In this document: positions 1 through 12,632 of the stretch, one piece after another
How the letters are laid out: the number at the start of each line of letters is the position of its first letter
How positions within the stretch are numbered: the first letter of the stretch is position 1
Assembly (NCBI GenBank): GCA_038009385.1
Contig: JBBPCA010000011.1
Span: 12,479-52,478, forward strand
DNA from: Hydrogenobacter sp. RSW1
GTDB taxonomy: Bacteria; Aquificota; Aquificia; Aquificales; Aquificaceae
DNA length: 40,000 nt
Direction of reading: 5' to 3'
Notes under the pieces: model-generated
What the model saw: the letters and a program-made list of their open reading frames with translations, nothing else
Told to the model about the DNA's origin: nothing
Databases searched by the model: none
Translations under genes and position numbers: made by a program

Positions 1-854
1 TCAGCTATGTCCTTTACCTTTTCCAAAAAAGGTCCAAAAAGCACAGGTTTGCGATGATAGGCAGGTTCTAAAAGATTATGTCCTCCTATATTCACAAGCG
101 TCCCACCAACAAAAGCTACATCCGCAAGAGAATATATCCCAAATAGTTCTCCTAAAGTATCAATCACCAGCACATCCCACTCTTCTTCCTTACTGGTTTT
201 AAGAGCACATTTAAAACCTTTAAATTTTTTCACCACCTCCTTAGCTCTTGAAACATGGCGAGGAGCTATTAAAAGCTTAAGGTCAGGAAAGATTTTTTTT
301 AATTCTCCAAAGGCTTCAAGAAGGATCTCCTCTTCTCCTCTATGAGTGCTACCCGCAACAAAGAATTTAGAGCCATTTTTCTGAATATCCAAGTGTTTTT
401 CCTGTGGGTTTTCAAAGATAAACTTTAGATTACCGCAACTTACCACTTGTTTGCATCCGTAGGACTCAAACCTCTCTTTGTCTCTTTCCGTTTTGGTAAC
501 GATAAGGTTAAACTTTTTACTCATAAATCGCTCGTATATGCCACCCTTTGCGTAAGCGTTAAGTAAAGCTTTTTTTGCTTTTGTAAAATGGATAAGAAAG
601 GGCCAAAACTCTCTTTCCACTATAAAAAGCATCTGTGCGGATATGCGTTTCTCAAAGTGCCTTACAGTAAAAGGTGTATCTAAAGGTAGTCTTTCTAAAG
701 TATGATAATATTGAGCTTGCTGACTTAAGTAGTTTTTAGCTCTTGGTGAAAAGTAGGTAAGGACTATGGTGTGTTCTTTTATAAGCTCTTTGAGAATAGG
801 TTTCACTGTGTTGAACTCTCCTACGCTGGCTACATGAAACCAAAGGGTTTTCAT
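1..854 (-). CDS. waaA: 3-deoxy-D-manno-octulosonic-acid (Kdo) transferase, C-terminus beyond window
   Basis: Reverse-strand translation from ATG at 854 reads MKTLWFHVASVGEFNTVKPILKELIKE...FVAGSTHRGEEEILLEAF...DVAFVGGTLVNIGGHNLLEPA, typical KdtA motifs; open to window edge. Confidence 0.93.
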   Translation of the reverse strand, partial: MKTLWFHVASVGEFNTVKPILKELIKEHTIVLTYFSPRAKNYLSQQAQYYHTLERLPLDTPFTVRHFEKRISAQMLFIVEREFWPFLIHFTKAKKALLNAYAKGGIYERFMSKKFNLIVTKTERDKERFESYGCKQVVSCGNLKFIFENPQEKHLDIQKNGSKFFVAGSTHRGEEEILLEAFGELKKIFPDLKLLIAPRHVSRAKEVVKKFKGFKCALKTSKEEEWDVLVIDTLGELFGIYSLADVAFVGGTLVNIGGHNLLEPAYHRKPVLFGPFLEKVKDIA

Positions 855-1318
855 GTAAAGTTCATGCTTGTTATGTAATCCGCCACTGTGGTTGCTGCAA
901 CAGACCGAGGTTTTACCACAGGCTTTAGCCCTTGAGCTAACACATAACCTATAGCTTCTTTGAGGATCACGCTGGAGTTGTGTTCTGGGTTAGGGTTTAT
1001 ATCCAAGTGCACCTCAAAGGGTCTTTTCCCCACCACATTAGATATCTCAAGAGCCATAAATACTGCTCTGCTGACCTCTTCCATAAGTCTCTGTCTTAAA
1101 GACTTGATCCTGTTTACCTTTTCCACACGCCAGAAGATCTTTGCCCCTCTACAGGAATCTATGTGTACCACTACAACAGTAACAAAAACAGTTTTTTCCC
1201 TTACCTGTCTTGAATCACAGCCCACATAAATAGCAGTATTCTCTGATGTGCCTTTTATGAATTCCTTCACCTCCTCCACATCCTTTATCATAGGCATAAG
1301 CTCAAACCCCTCTGCCAA
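851..1318 (-). CDS. RNase H-like DUF458/YkuK-family protein
   Basis: 155 aa; AIYVGCDSRQ, HLDINPNPEHNSS and DYITS motifs typical of the family; overlaps waaA by 4 bp. Confidence 0.75.
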   Translation of the reverse strand: MAEGFELMPMIKDVEEVKEFIKGTSENTAIYVGCDSRQVREKTVFVTVVVVHIDSCRGAKIFWRVEKVNRIKSLRQRLMEEVSRAVFMALEISNVVGKRPFEVHLDINPNPEHNSSVILKEAIGYVLAQGLKPVVKPRSVAATTVADYITSMNFT

Positions 1319-1628
1319 AATCTACATCTTTTACCCAAGTAGGTCTAAAAAATACCCAATCTTTTAGGTTTTCAAAGCTTTTTGAATAACACACCTCACA
1401 GATAAGCCCCTTATCCGTCAGCTTGGAATTATCATCACAACACTCGCTTAGATTCCAAAACTCGTAGTTGTCATGGAATATAATTTTTCCGCAGTTAATA
1501 CACTCATAAAGGGTGTAGCCTTTTAACTGAAGAAAAGCGGAGATGTCCTCACCTTCGGGTAGCTCCTCTACCTCAAGTATTCTTTTGAGAAAATCCTTTT
1601 GCTGCTTTGTAAGCTCACTTATCTTCAT
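1302..1628 (-). CDS. small hypothetical protein with zinc-binding-like cysteine pairs
   Basis: 108 aa ORF; YECINCGKIIFH...SECCDDNSKL...GLICEVCY; overlaps the downstream gene, good codon continuity. Confidence 0.65.
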   Translation of the reverse strand: MKISELTKQQKDFLKRILEVEELPEGEDISAFLQLKGYTLYECINCGKIIFHDNYEFWNLSECCDDNSKLTDKGLICEVCYSKSFENLKDWVFFRPTWVKDVDFGRGV

Positions 1629-1652
1629 CAGTAAAAATTATACACATACAAA

Positions 1653-2493
1653 ATACCTTGGGTGAGAAATTCAGAAAAGCTGGAAAAATCCTCTGACAAA
1701 GAGCCCCTAGTGGGCAGAGGTTTATAATAACCTCAAATCCCACTAAGGAGGTAGAACAATGAATCACCTTAATAGTTTATACCAACAAGTGCTTTTGTCC
1801 ATCTCCATAGTCTTATCAGACTACGAAAAGCAAGTAAAAGTGGGAAGACCGCCAAAAGTCTCAGACTTACAAATAGCTTGCCTGTATGTCACTATACAGA
1901 AGGAGAATGAACTTGCTAATCTTGATTTTAAGCATCCTATCTGGAAAGGAAATAAAACTGATAGTTGATGGCACTATTCTAAGAGTTGCAAACATATACA
2001 GTGCACAAACAAGGAAAATAAAGAGAGTTGCTGGAAAGAAATTTTGGGCAAAAAGGAAAAGGAACATCTACAGCTGGGATTACCAAAGGAATGTAAGATT
2101 TGAAGAGGTTCATTATGGGCTTTTGGTAATGATTGTTTGCGATAGGAATGGAGTTGTTTATGACCTGTGGGTTCATCCTGCCAGCTATCACGAAGTGAAG
2201 TCTGTAAGAATAAGGTATCAAAAGAGTTTGTGGTTTAGGGCGCTTGCGGACAGCTTTTGTCCTATGGGTGATAGAGGGTATAGAGGTTTGGAGTATGTGC
2301 ATGTATGTGAGGATAAGCCAGAGAAAAGTGTTAGGCAAGTGGTAGAGGCTGTTAATTCTCAGATAAAGCTTTTCAACGGAGTTAGCAGATGGAGGAATAT
2401 TACGACTTTACTTGCTTACCTTCAGGGTTATACTGTTGGGTATAGTTTTTTCAGGAAGTCTTGGCTGTTTAAATAATTTCTCACCCGAGGTAT
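1653..2493 (+). mobile_element. insertion sequence with matched terminal inverted repeats and a disrupted transposase
   Basis: Left end ATACCTTGGGTGAGAAATT (1653-1671) versus reverse complement of right end AATTTCTCACCCGAGGTAT (2475-2493): 18/19 matches; encloses transposase fragments. Confidence 0.8.
1759..2476 (+). pseudogene. DDE transposase, frameshifted/internally deleted (IS982-like family guess)
   Basis: Two ORFs in different frames (1759-1968, 1886-2476). Second has KLIVDGTILRVANIYSAQTRK, MGDRGYRG, VRQVVEAVNSQIK (D, D, E-like positions); first has an N-terminal VGRPPKVSDLQIACLYVTIQ. Confidence 0.7.
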
Positions 2494-2668
2494 AAGTAGA
2501 AAATTAATACAGAGACCCTTAAGTCCGCAACTTGATCACAGAAAAAAGGTTATACTGCCAGTCCTCTCCTTGAAGTGGAAGAATTTTTGAGTGCCCTTCC
2601 TAAGGCTCTAAACCCTAAAATCCCTTTCGTTTATTCTTTGATTTGTTCTTTTCTGGCTCCTCAGGCTA

Positions 2669-3262
2669 CTACTGCATAAACTCTTCAATCCAAGGTTCGT
2701 ACTCCATAACCTGCTGGAAGGTATAAGGACACTCTTTTGGAAAGTCTTCTTCCTTTGGAAACCTGTCAAAGTATTTTTTGGCTAAGTGTTTATTCTCGTC
2801 TTTCTTAAACCAAGTAATTAAGCCATTAACAGCCCTTCTCCAAGCCTTGTACAAACTTTCCCTTTCTTGCGCTATTCTTTTCAACGATGGTATTTCATCA
2901 AAGAGGTCTCTTAGTTCCTTTCTTGCTTCAAGAATGCTGTTTTTCCAACTACTACCCATATACTCATTTTCTCTGAAATGTTCCCACTTGTAGAGATGCT
3001 CCATAATGCGTGTCATATGACCAATCATACCTTCATAGTGTCTTTTAGCCATATCCTCAATCTCCTCTAAGAGGTTCTCCCAATCTACAAGCTCGTATTC
3101 TCTGTTTTTGAGGAGCTTTAGGTTCTCCAGTACCCACAAATAAAAGTCCTTTTCATAAAGCTCTTTAAGGTTTTGGGTTTTTTGTTCCATAGGTTTTAAT
3201 ATAAGCCCTGATCTTTCTTGGAGTATTACTCCAAACATGTGAACTAAATTCATTACAAGCAT
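2669..3262 (-). CDS. DUF29 domain-containing protein (true start possibly at an internal Met, MEQKTQNL...)
   Basis: LYEKDFYLWVLENLKLLKNREYELVDWENLLEEIEDMAKRHY...MEHLYKWEH typical DUF29. Confidence 0.8.
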   Translation of the reverse strand: MLVMNLVHMFGVILQERSGLILKPMEQKTQNLKELYEKDFYLWVLENLKLLKNREYELVDWENLLEEIEDMAKRHYEGMIGHMTRIMEHLYKWEHFRENEYMGSSWKNSILEARKELRDLFDEIPSLKRIAQERESLYKAWRRAVNGLITWFKKDENKHLAKKYFDRFPKEEDFPKECPYTFQQVMEYEPWIEEFMQ

Positions 3263-3321
3263 AAACGAAAAATCAAGGTCTTTGGTGAGAGTATTAGTTA
3301 TTCAGGATCAAAACTTACCAC

Positions 3322-4385
3322 TCAGAAAGCCTTACTTGCTTTAAGGCTAACATAATAACCCACACCCATCTGGATACCATTGAGCTTTTGATAGACAGGT
3401 TTGACAAAATCTATACCGATAGTAATACCCTTAATTTTAGCATTTAAACCGACGCCCACATCAACACGCTCACCGCCTTGATAATCTGGTTGAAAGTCTG
3501 GATCCTTGAAGGTAGGATGTTGAGAAAAGAACTCCTTGTTTAATTTATCTTCACCCTTTATCCCACCCCACTTGGAATATCTAACACTTACATTGGGCAC
3601 CAAAAGATCCGATAGCATATATCCGACCCATCCCACCGTGCCAAAAACGTGCCCAAACCTGTAGCCTTCTTTGTTCCTGCCAGTTCTGATGGTTGCGTTA
3701 GCCTGAAGCCCAGCTCCTAACTTGCCGTAGGTGTAAGTGTAAGTTAAGGACGGCAAAAGGTCATAGGTGCCAGAGCCTAATTGCATGCTGTATGCTCGCA
3801 AAGGCACCTCATCTTCATGTATCATATGTACATGAGTTTTATTGGTCTCCCCCGTAGGAAGACTTACACCCATACCAACTATAAGGCTATTGCCACCACC
3901 TTGTGCCACCAAATAATCAGCGGATAAGATGGTATCACCCAGCCCCCTTGAAGCATGATCCGTCTTTCCATCGTGATGAAACATCCTCATCTCCTTGTCC
4001 GTATACTGCACCATACCCATAACTGTCAATTTATCAGTAAGACCATACATTAGCTCCACCATGTGCATCTGCATTTTCATCCAGTCAGAAAACACATGCC
4101 CATGAGCTTTGGGATTGCCAGTTATTTCCTTTATTTTGCTGTTTATGATGCTGGCATCCGTGGGTAATTTGTGAGTGCCTGCATAGTAATTACCCATCCA
4201 CATATACATACACCTGTAAGTTAGCATAAACTGACCTTTTTGCATCACATGGTCTCTGCTTATATCCGCCGGGGAAACAAGGGTGCATTATGGAAGATAC
4301 CATGCTCGTGGGTGTGTACTTCTTGAGATAAGGATAAACCGCATACCGAAAACATTGAGAGACAACAAATATAAGCCTTCTTCAT
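3322..4385 (-). pseudogene. outer-membrane beta-barrel/'transporter' of phenol-degradation-like family; ORF 3322-4248 plus signal peptide in another frame (4260-4385)
   Basis: ORF 3322-4248 (MMQKGQFMLTYRCMYMWMGN...GVGYYVSLKASKAF) lacks a signal peptide; MKKAYICCLSMFSVCGLSLSQEVHTHEHGIFHNAPLFPRRI* encoded immediately upstream (4385 to 4260) in a different frame. Could also be a sequencing error in an intact gene. Confidence 0.6.
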
Positions 4386-4459
4386 CTAATTTAATGTTAT
4401 TTTAGCTCAAGTTAAGCAACAAAGTAAATCTTGCCAAACTGAGCATATAATAAAGAGTT

Positions 4460-5344
4460 ATGGATGAAAGATTTAGAGAATCAGAAGAGGTAAGAAAACC
4501 GGAGGTGGTAGAGGAAAGCATATGGGTGGCCGGAGAAGCGGTAAAGAAAGCTCCCAAAATGTACGGTGTACCTACAGGTGTTGAAGGACTTGATGAGCTT
4601 TTCTTTACCGCAGAAGTTCAGGAAGGTAAGGTAATAAAAAAATCCTTAGGTGGCATACCGGCGTATTCAGTTACAAACATAACGGGCGTTTCTGATACAG
4701 GCAAAACTCTTATAGCGGAACAGTACACTATAACACAGGCAAAAAGAAACGAACCCGTAGCTTTTATAACCGTTGAAGCACCTGCACCTTTTGTGAGCGT
4801 AGGGTTGCGCGAAAGGGCAAAGGCTATGGGTATAGATTTTGAAAGTGTGCAAGATAGAATAATTCTCATAGATGCGGCAAGCCACTCAAAGTTAAGAGAA
4901 AACATCCCAGACTTACTTGCTACCTTAGCGCATGCCATAAAAACCTATAAGATAAGACATGTGGTGATAGACTCGGTTACAGGTTTGTATGAAGCAAAAG
5001 AGATGATGGCAAGGGTAATAGTAAGACAACTTTTTAATTTCATGAAGAAGTGGTACCAAACAGCCATATTTGTATCACAAAAAAGGAGTGGACACGAGGA
5101 ACTAACTGCGGAAGCAGCGGGTGGTTATGCGGTAAGCCATATAGTGGACTGTTCCATGGTGCTTTCTAAGGAACTGATCCTTACTCAGGCACAATCAAAG
5201 ATATACAAAAAACCAGTAGGGGAAATAGTCAGGCTTTTTCGGATAGATGGTTGTAGGCTTTGCGGACACGATACAAGCACACACTTCATGGAGATAACAG
5301 AGCTTGGTCTTGTGAGAATAGGTCCTGTCCTTTCTGCAGGATGA
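4460..5344 (+). CDS. KaiC/RadA-like RecA-superfamily ATPase with CxxC tail
   Basis: 294 aa; P-loop GVSDTGKT, HVVIDSVTGL Walker B-like, ETAAEAAGG, C-terminal GCRLCGHDTSTH. Confidence 0.85.
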   Translation: MDERFRESEEVRKPEVVEESIWVAGEAVKKAPKMYGVPTGVEGLDELFFTAEVQEGKVIKKSLGGIPAYSVTNITGVSDTGKTLIAEQYTITQAKRNEPVAFITVEAPAPFVSVGLRERAKAMGIDFESVQDRIILIDAASHSKLRENIPDLLATLAHAIKTYKIRHVVIDSVTGLYEAKEMMARVIVRQLFNFMKKWYQTAIFVSQKRSGHEELTAEAAGGYAVSHIVDCSMVLSKELILTQAQSKIYKKPVGEIVRLFRIDGCRLCGHDTSTHFMEITELGLVRIGPVLSAG

Positions 5345-6075
5345 TGTACCGCGTAAAAGCCTGTGGGATAACCCATAGAGGGAAGATAAGGGAAAAGAAC
5401 GAGGATGCTTTGCTTATAAACGACAAACTTATTCAGGAAGAGATGATGAGCTCTCCCTTATGTGTAGAGGAAGAAAAGGATTACTTTCTGTTTGCGGTGG
5501 CGGATGGATTGGGAGGGCATGCATGTGGTGAAAGGGCAAGCCTTATGGTCCTTAAGACTCTTATGGAGGAAAAACCCCACTCTGCAGAAAGTATAAATAT
5601 GGCTTTGCATAAAGCAAGAGATAACCTTGAAGCTTTTGCACAACAAAATCCTGATTATTACGGTCTTGGTTCCGCATTAGCTGGTCTGACCCTTACCCAG
5701 AAGGATATCATAGTATTCAATGTGGGGGACTGCAGGGTTTACGGTATAAAGGACAATAAGGCGGAAAAGCTCACTCAAGATCACACAGAGGTAGAAAGAT
5801 TAGTCAAGCTTGGCTACATCACGGAAAATCAGGCCAAACAACATCCCAACAGGCATATACTTACATCTGCACTTATCGGTTCTTCTTCCTTTAGGGAGTT
5901 TGAGGTTTTTATAAAGAGCGTAAAAGACTACAGAAGTTTTCTCATATGCTCTGATGGACTTTGGGAGCTTGTAGAGGATTACGAGCTAACATTACCACCT
6001 TCTGAGCTTATGGGTCTAGCTCTTTCAAGAGCCGCTACAGACAACATAACCCTTGTAAGGGTTGATATCATATGA
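5341..6075 (+). CDS. PP2C-family serine/threonine protein phosphatase
   Basis: GITHRGKIREKNEDALL, FAVADGLGGHACGERAS, NVGDCRVYG, LICSDGLWELV motifs; in-frame start ATG at 5341 chosen over the longer ORF at 5260. Confidence 0.92.
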   Translation: MMYRVKACGITHRGKIREKNEDALLINDKLIQEEMMSSPLCVEEEKDYFLFAVADGLGGHACGERASLMVLKTLMEEKPHSAESINMALHKARDNLEAFAQQNPDYYGLGSALAGLTLTQKDIIVFNVGDCRVYGIKDNKAEKLTQDHTEVERLVKLGYITENQAKQHPNRHILTSALIGSSSFREFEVFIKSVKDYRSFLICSDGLWELVEDYELTLPPSELMGLALSRAATDNITLVRVDII

Positions 6076-7325
6076 GGAGGTTTTTATTAATAACGCTTCT
6101 TTTTGTCATGAGCTGTGCAAAGGCTATTGATTTTAGCTCGCTTATTCTTCCGGAAGATGAAGAAATACGCATAGGGAAAAGCTACATACCTTATGCCATA
6201 GAAGAGAGCGACGGTCTATACCCGGACAAAAGAGTCCAAGAGTATGTCAGAAACATCGGTATGAGTATTGCAAAACATACACCCAGAAGACTACCTTATG
6301 AGTTTTTTGTAGTAAATTCAGAGGCGGTTAACGCCTTTGCACTTCCGGGGGGACCCGTATTTATCACGAGGGGACTTCTGCTTAAGCTAAATAGCGAGAG
6401 TGAGCTTGCAGGAGTGTTGGGACACGAACTTGGTCATATAAACGCAAGACATCATGCAAAGTTTTTAGAAAAGATGTATGCTATAAACCTGCTATTTAAC
6501 ATAAGTTCCGTTCTTTTGGCTGATAAACCTTATGCTCAGGCGCTTTTGCAGTTTGGTCAAGTGGGAGGTCAGCTTTTGGCTCTTAAGTTCAGCAGAGATC
6601 AGGAAAAACAGGCGGATGAACTTGGAGTTGTGTATGTGCTAAAAGCTGGGTATGACCCAAGGGGACTGTTGGGTGTTTTTGAAACTTTTAAAAAGATGGA
6701 AAGGACAAATGTGCCCGAATGGCTCCAAACACACCCTCTTCCTCAAAGTAGAATAGAGGATGTGCAAAGGGAGATAGAAAGCATAAAGCCCTCAGGAAGT
6801 TTCATATACGACACAGATGAGTTCCAAAACATTAAAAAGCTTTTGAAGCAAACAGAAGACTCTTACAGGGAGTTTTACGCAGGCAAGAGAGCTTATCAGC
6901 AGAAGAACTACTCAACGGCTCTCTCTCATTTCACCAGAGCCGTGGAACTTTACCATGATAACTACGAAGCGCACCTTTACATGGCTTACATACTTGCAAA
7001 GGAAGGCAGTACACCACAAGCACTTAGACAGGTTCAGACTGCTTACTCTATAATGCCCGAAGTTTTTTCTACAAACTATGTTTATGGTTTTGTGCTTTTC
7101 AAAATGGAGAAATACTCAGAATCCGTACAAAAACTTGAGAATGCCAGAAGGCTTATACCTGATTATGCAGACACTTACTATTACCTTGGCAGGAACTACG
7201 AAGCCCTAGGGAATATTTCAAAGGCAGTATATCACTACAAAACTGCTTTAGAGTTGTCCCAAGGTAAAGCAGAGTGGTCAAAAGATGCTCAAGAAAGGCT
7301 CAGAAGATTACAAAATATGTGGTAA
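6072..7325 (+). CDS. M48-family metalloprotease with TPR repeats (BepA/YfgC-like)
   Basis: HELGHINARHHAK (HExxH), AFALPGGPVFITRG, ADELG, C-terminal TPR-like repeats; ATGA overlap with upstream gene. Confidence 0.92.
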   Translation: MRRFLLITLLFVMSCAKAIDFSSLILPEDEEIRIGKSYIPYAIEESDGLYPDKRVQEYVRNIGMSIAKHTPRRLPYEFFVVNSEAVNAFALPGGPVFITRGLLLKLNSESELAGVLGHELGHINARHHAKFLEKMYAINLLFNISSVLLADKPYAQALLQFGQVGGQLLALKFSRDQEKQADELGVVYVLKAGYDPRGLLGVFETFKKMERTNVPEWLQTHPLPQSRIEDVQREIESIKPSGSFIYDTDEFQNIKKLLKQTEDSYREFYAGKRAYQQKNYSTALSHFTRAVELYHDNYEAHLYMAYILAKEGSTPQALRQVQTAYSIMPEVFSTNYVYGFVLFKMEKYSESVQKLENARRLIPDYADTYYYLGRNYEALGNISKAVYHYKTALELSQGKAEWSKDAQERLRRLQNMW

Positions 7326-7360
7326 AATTTTGAGATGATCTGGATCACAGGAGGTGCGCA

Positions 7361-10262
<2,902 letters not shown>

Positions 10263-10312
10263 AGATAAGAATTTAACGCAAAATAAAAAAAGCGTAATAA
10301 AATAGTCTGTAC

Positions 10313-11626
10313 ATGATAGAACGCTACACAAGGGAAGAGATAGGAAAAGTATGGTCAGAGGTAAACAAGTTTAAAAAATGGCTACAGGTGGAGCTTGCAG
10401 TATGTGGTGCGTGGAATAAGTTAGGTAAGATACCAAATGAAGCCTTTGAAGAGATAAAGAAGAGAACCTTTATAAACGAGGAGGTAGTACAAAGGATAAA
10501 AGAGTATGAAAGGCTTTACAAACACGATGTGCTTGCCTTCATATCTGCTATATCCCAACAGATTCCCTCTTATTCTCACTACTTCCACATGGGTCTTACA
10601 TCTTCCGATGTGGTAGATACCGCTCTTGCATTGCAGATGAGGGAAGCCATGCAAATAATTCTTAAAGATGTTGACCTTGTGCTTGAAGAATTAAAAAAGC
10701 TTTCTTTTGAACATAAACACACCCTCATGATGGGAAGGACGCACGGTGTACATGCGGAACCCATAACTCTTGGTATAAAGTTTGCTGTATGGTATGACGA
10801 AATGAGGAGAAACAGAGAGAGGCTCATGAGAGCTTATGAGAGTATTTCTTACGGTAAGCTTTCTGGTGCTGTAGGAACATACTCAAACCTGGACCCAAAG
10901 GTCGAAGAAATAGCTCTTGAAAAGTTGGGACTAAATGTGGAGCCTGCAAGCACACAGATAGTACACAGGGACAGGCACGCAGACCTTATGTATGCTATCG
11001 CTTGCTGTGCTACATCCCTAGAGAAGTTTGCCACAGAAATAAGACACTTGCAGAGGACTGAGGTTTTAGAACTTCAGGAGCCTTTCACAGAAGGTCAAAG
11101 AGGGTCTTCTGCCATGCCTCACAAAAAGAATCCCATACACTCGGAACGCATATGCGGTCTTGCAAGGGTACTAAGGGCTAACCTTTTAGTAGCTCTTGAG
11201 AACATGGTGCTTTGGCACGAAAGAGACATATCCCACTCTTCTGCAGAGAGGATAATAATCCCTGATAGTACCATAGCCCTTGACTACATGCTAAACCTGT
11301 TTTTAGAGATACTAAAGGGTCTTGTGATAAACAAAGATAGAATGCTGAAAAACATGGAACTATCTTATGGACTTTACGCGTCTTCAAAGGTATTGGTAAT
11401 GCTCATGGAAAAAGGCATTGCAAGAGACAGGGCTTACAACATAGTTCAAAGGTGTGCCATGAAAAGTTGGCAAGAAGGTATACCTTTTAAAGAAGCACTA
11501 CTTCTTGATGAGGAAGCAAAGCTCCTACTGAGCATGCAAGACATAGAGTCCGCAACAGACCCAAGGAGTTTTCTAAGAAACATGGACCACATATACAAAA
11601 AGGTTTTTGGGCAAACAGATGGTTAA
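10313..11626 (+). CDS. purB: adenylosuccinate lyase
   Basis: GRTHGVHAEP, TEGQRGSSAMPHKKNP signature. Confidence 0.97.
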   Translation: MIERYTREEIGKVWSEVNKFKKWLQVELAVCGAWNKLGKIPNEAFEEIKKRTFINEEVVQRIKEYERLYKHDVLAFISAISQQIPSYSHYFHMGLTSSDVVDTALALQMREAMQIILKDVDLVLEELKKLSFEHKHTLMMGRTHGVHAEPITLGIKFAVWYDEMRRNRERLMRAYESISYGKLSGAVGTYSNLDPKVEEIALEKLGLNVEPASTQIVHRDRHADLMYAIACCATSLEKFATEIRHLQRTEVLELQEPFTEGQRGSSAMPHKKNPIHSERICGLARVLRANLLVALENMVLWHERDISHSSAERIIIPDSTIALDYMLNLFLEILKGLVINKDRMLKNMELSYGLYASSKVLVMLMEKGIARDRAYNIVQRCAMKSWQEGIPFKEALLLDEEAKLLLSMQDIESATDPRSFLRNMDHIYKKVFGQTDG

Positions 11627-12620
11627 ATGGAAGATAGCTTTTACCGGCGTTAATGATGAAGATCTCGAGTTTTACAAAGACCATCTGAAAGAGTATGAAA
11701 GTAAGTTTTTTAAGAAACGAATAGAAGAGATTGATCTAAAAGAGATTAAAGAAGCTCACATTCTTTGTGTTTTTGTTTTTGATAAGCTTACAGGCAAAGT
11801 GCTATCTGAATTTGAGAATTTGAGGTTGATAATTACCCGTTCAGCAGGTTATGATCACATCGATTTAAAGTTCTGTAAAGATAGAGGGATCAAAGTGGCT
11901 CACATGCCTGCTTACTCTCCCAAATCTATAGCTATGCATACCATAAGCCTGATTTTGAATTTAACTAGAAAAATCAAGAAGGTTCAAAAGAGGACTCTTG
12001 ACCTAAATTACTCCCAAGAACCAGAAATTTTGGCGACGGACCTTGATGAGCTAACTGCAGGTATCGTTGGAACAGGTAGAATAGGAAGCTGGACTGCCAA
12101 ACTTCTGTATCATCTGGGTTGTAAAGTTATTGCACACGATATACTAGAAAACGAAGAGCTAAAATCCTTAGGGGTGGAGTATAAATCCTTAGAAGAGCTG
12201 CTTAAGGTCAGTGATATAGTTTCTTTGCATGTTCCTTACACGCCACAAACGCATCATCTTATAAACGAAAAAAGAATATCTCTTATGAAGGACTCCGCCA
12301 TATTGATCAACACATCAAGAGGAGCGGTTGTTGATACTGACGCTTTATACAGAGCCCTTTTGAACGGAAAACTTTCTGGAGTAGCCCTTGATGTTTTTGA
12401 AGATGAGGATATTCTTATTTTGAACAAATACGAGAAAGGTATTTCAAGCGATAAGAGTTTGAAAATATTAAAACTAAATACCTTTGACAATGTCATTATC
12501 ACCCCACATATTGCTTACTACACAAAAAGAGCAGTAAACAACATCAGAAAGTGCGTTGTTGAATGTATTAATATGTTTGTGCACACAAATAGCCCTGGAA
12601 GATTTGAAGTTAGCCTATGA
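11607..12620 (+). CDS. D-2-hydroxyacid dehydrogenase (D-lactate dehydrogenase-like)
   Basis: GIVGTGRIGSWTAK, LHVPYTPQTHHLIN, LINTSRGAVVDTDAL, ALDVFEDE, NVIITPHIAYYT. Confidence 0.9.
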   Translation: MGKQMVKWKIAFTGVNDEDLEFYKDHLKEYESKFFKKRIEEIDLKEIKEAHILCVFVFDKLTGKVLSEFENLRLIITRSAGYDHIDLKFCKDRGIKVAHMPAYSPKSIAMHTISLILNLTRKIKKVQKRTLDLNYSQEPEILATDLDELTAGIVGTGRIGSWTAKLLYHLGCKVIAHDILENEELKSLGVEYKSLEELLKVSDIVSLHVPYTPQTHHLINEKRISLMKDSAILINTSRGAVVDTDALYRALLNGKLSGVALDVFEDEDILILNKYEKGISSDKSLKILKLNTFDNVIITPHIAYYTKRAVNNIRKCVVECINMFVHTNSPGRFEVSL

Positions 12621-12632
12621 TAAAATCCTTTA

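Noticed and set aside
2477-2680. Open frame continuing after the transposase stop (FLTRGISRKLIQRPLSPQLDHRKKGYTAS...APQATTA*)
   Set aside because: No start codon context or recognisable motif, and most of it lies outside the IS right end; likely chance openness.
5260-5340. Upstream extension of the PP2C ORF
   Set aside because: The extension is out of frame within the KaiC-like gene's CRLCGHDTSTH tail; PP2C homology begins after the ATG at 5341/5344.
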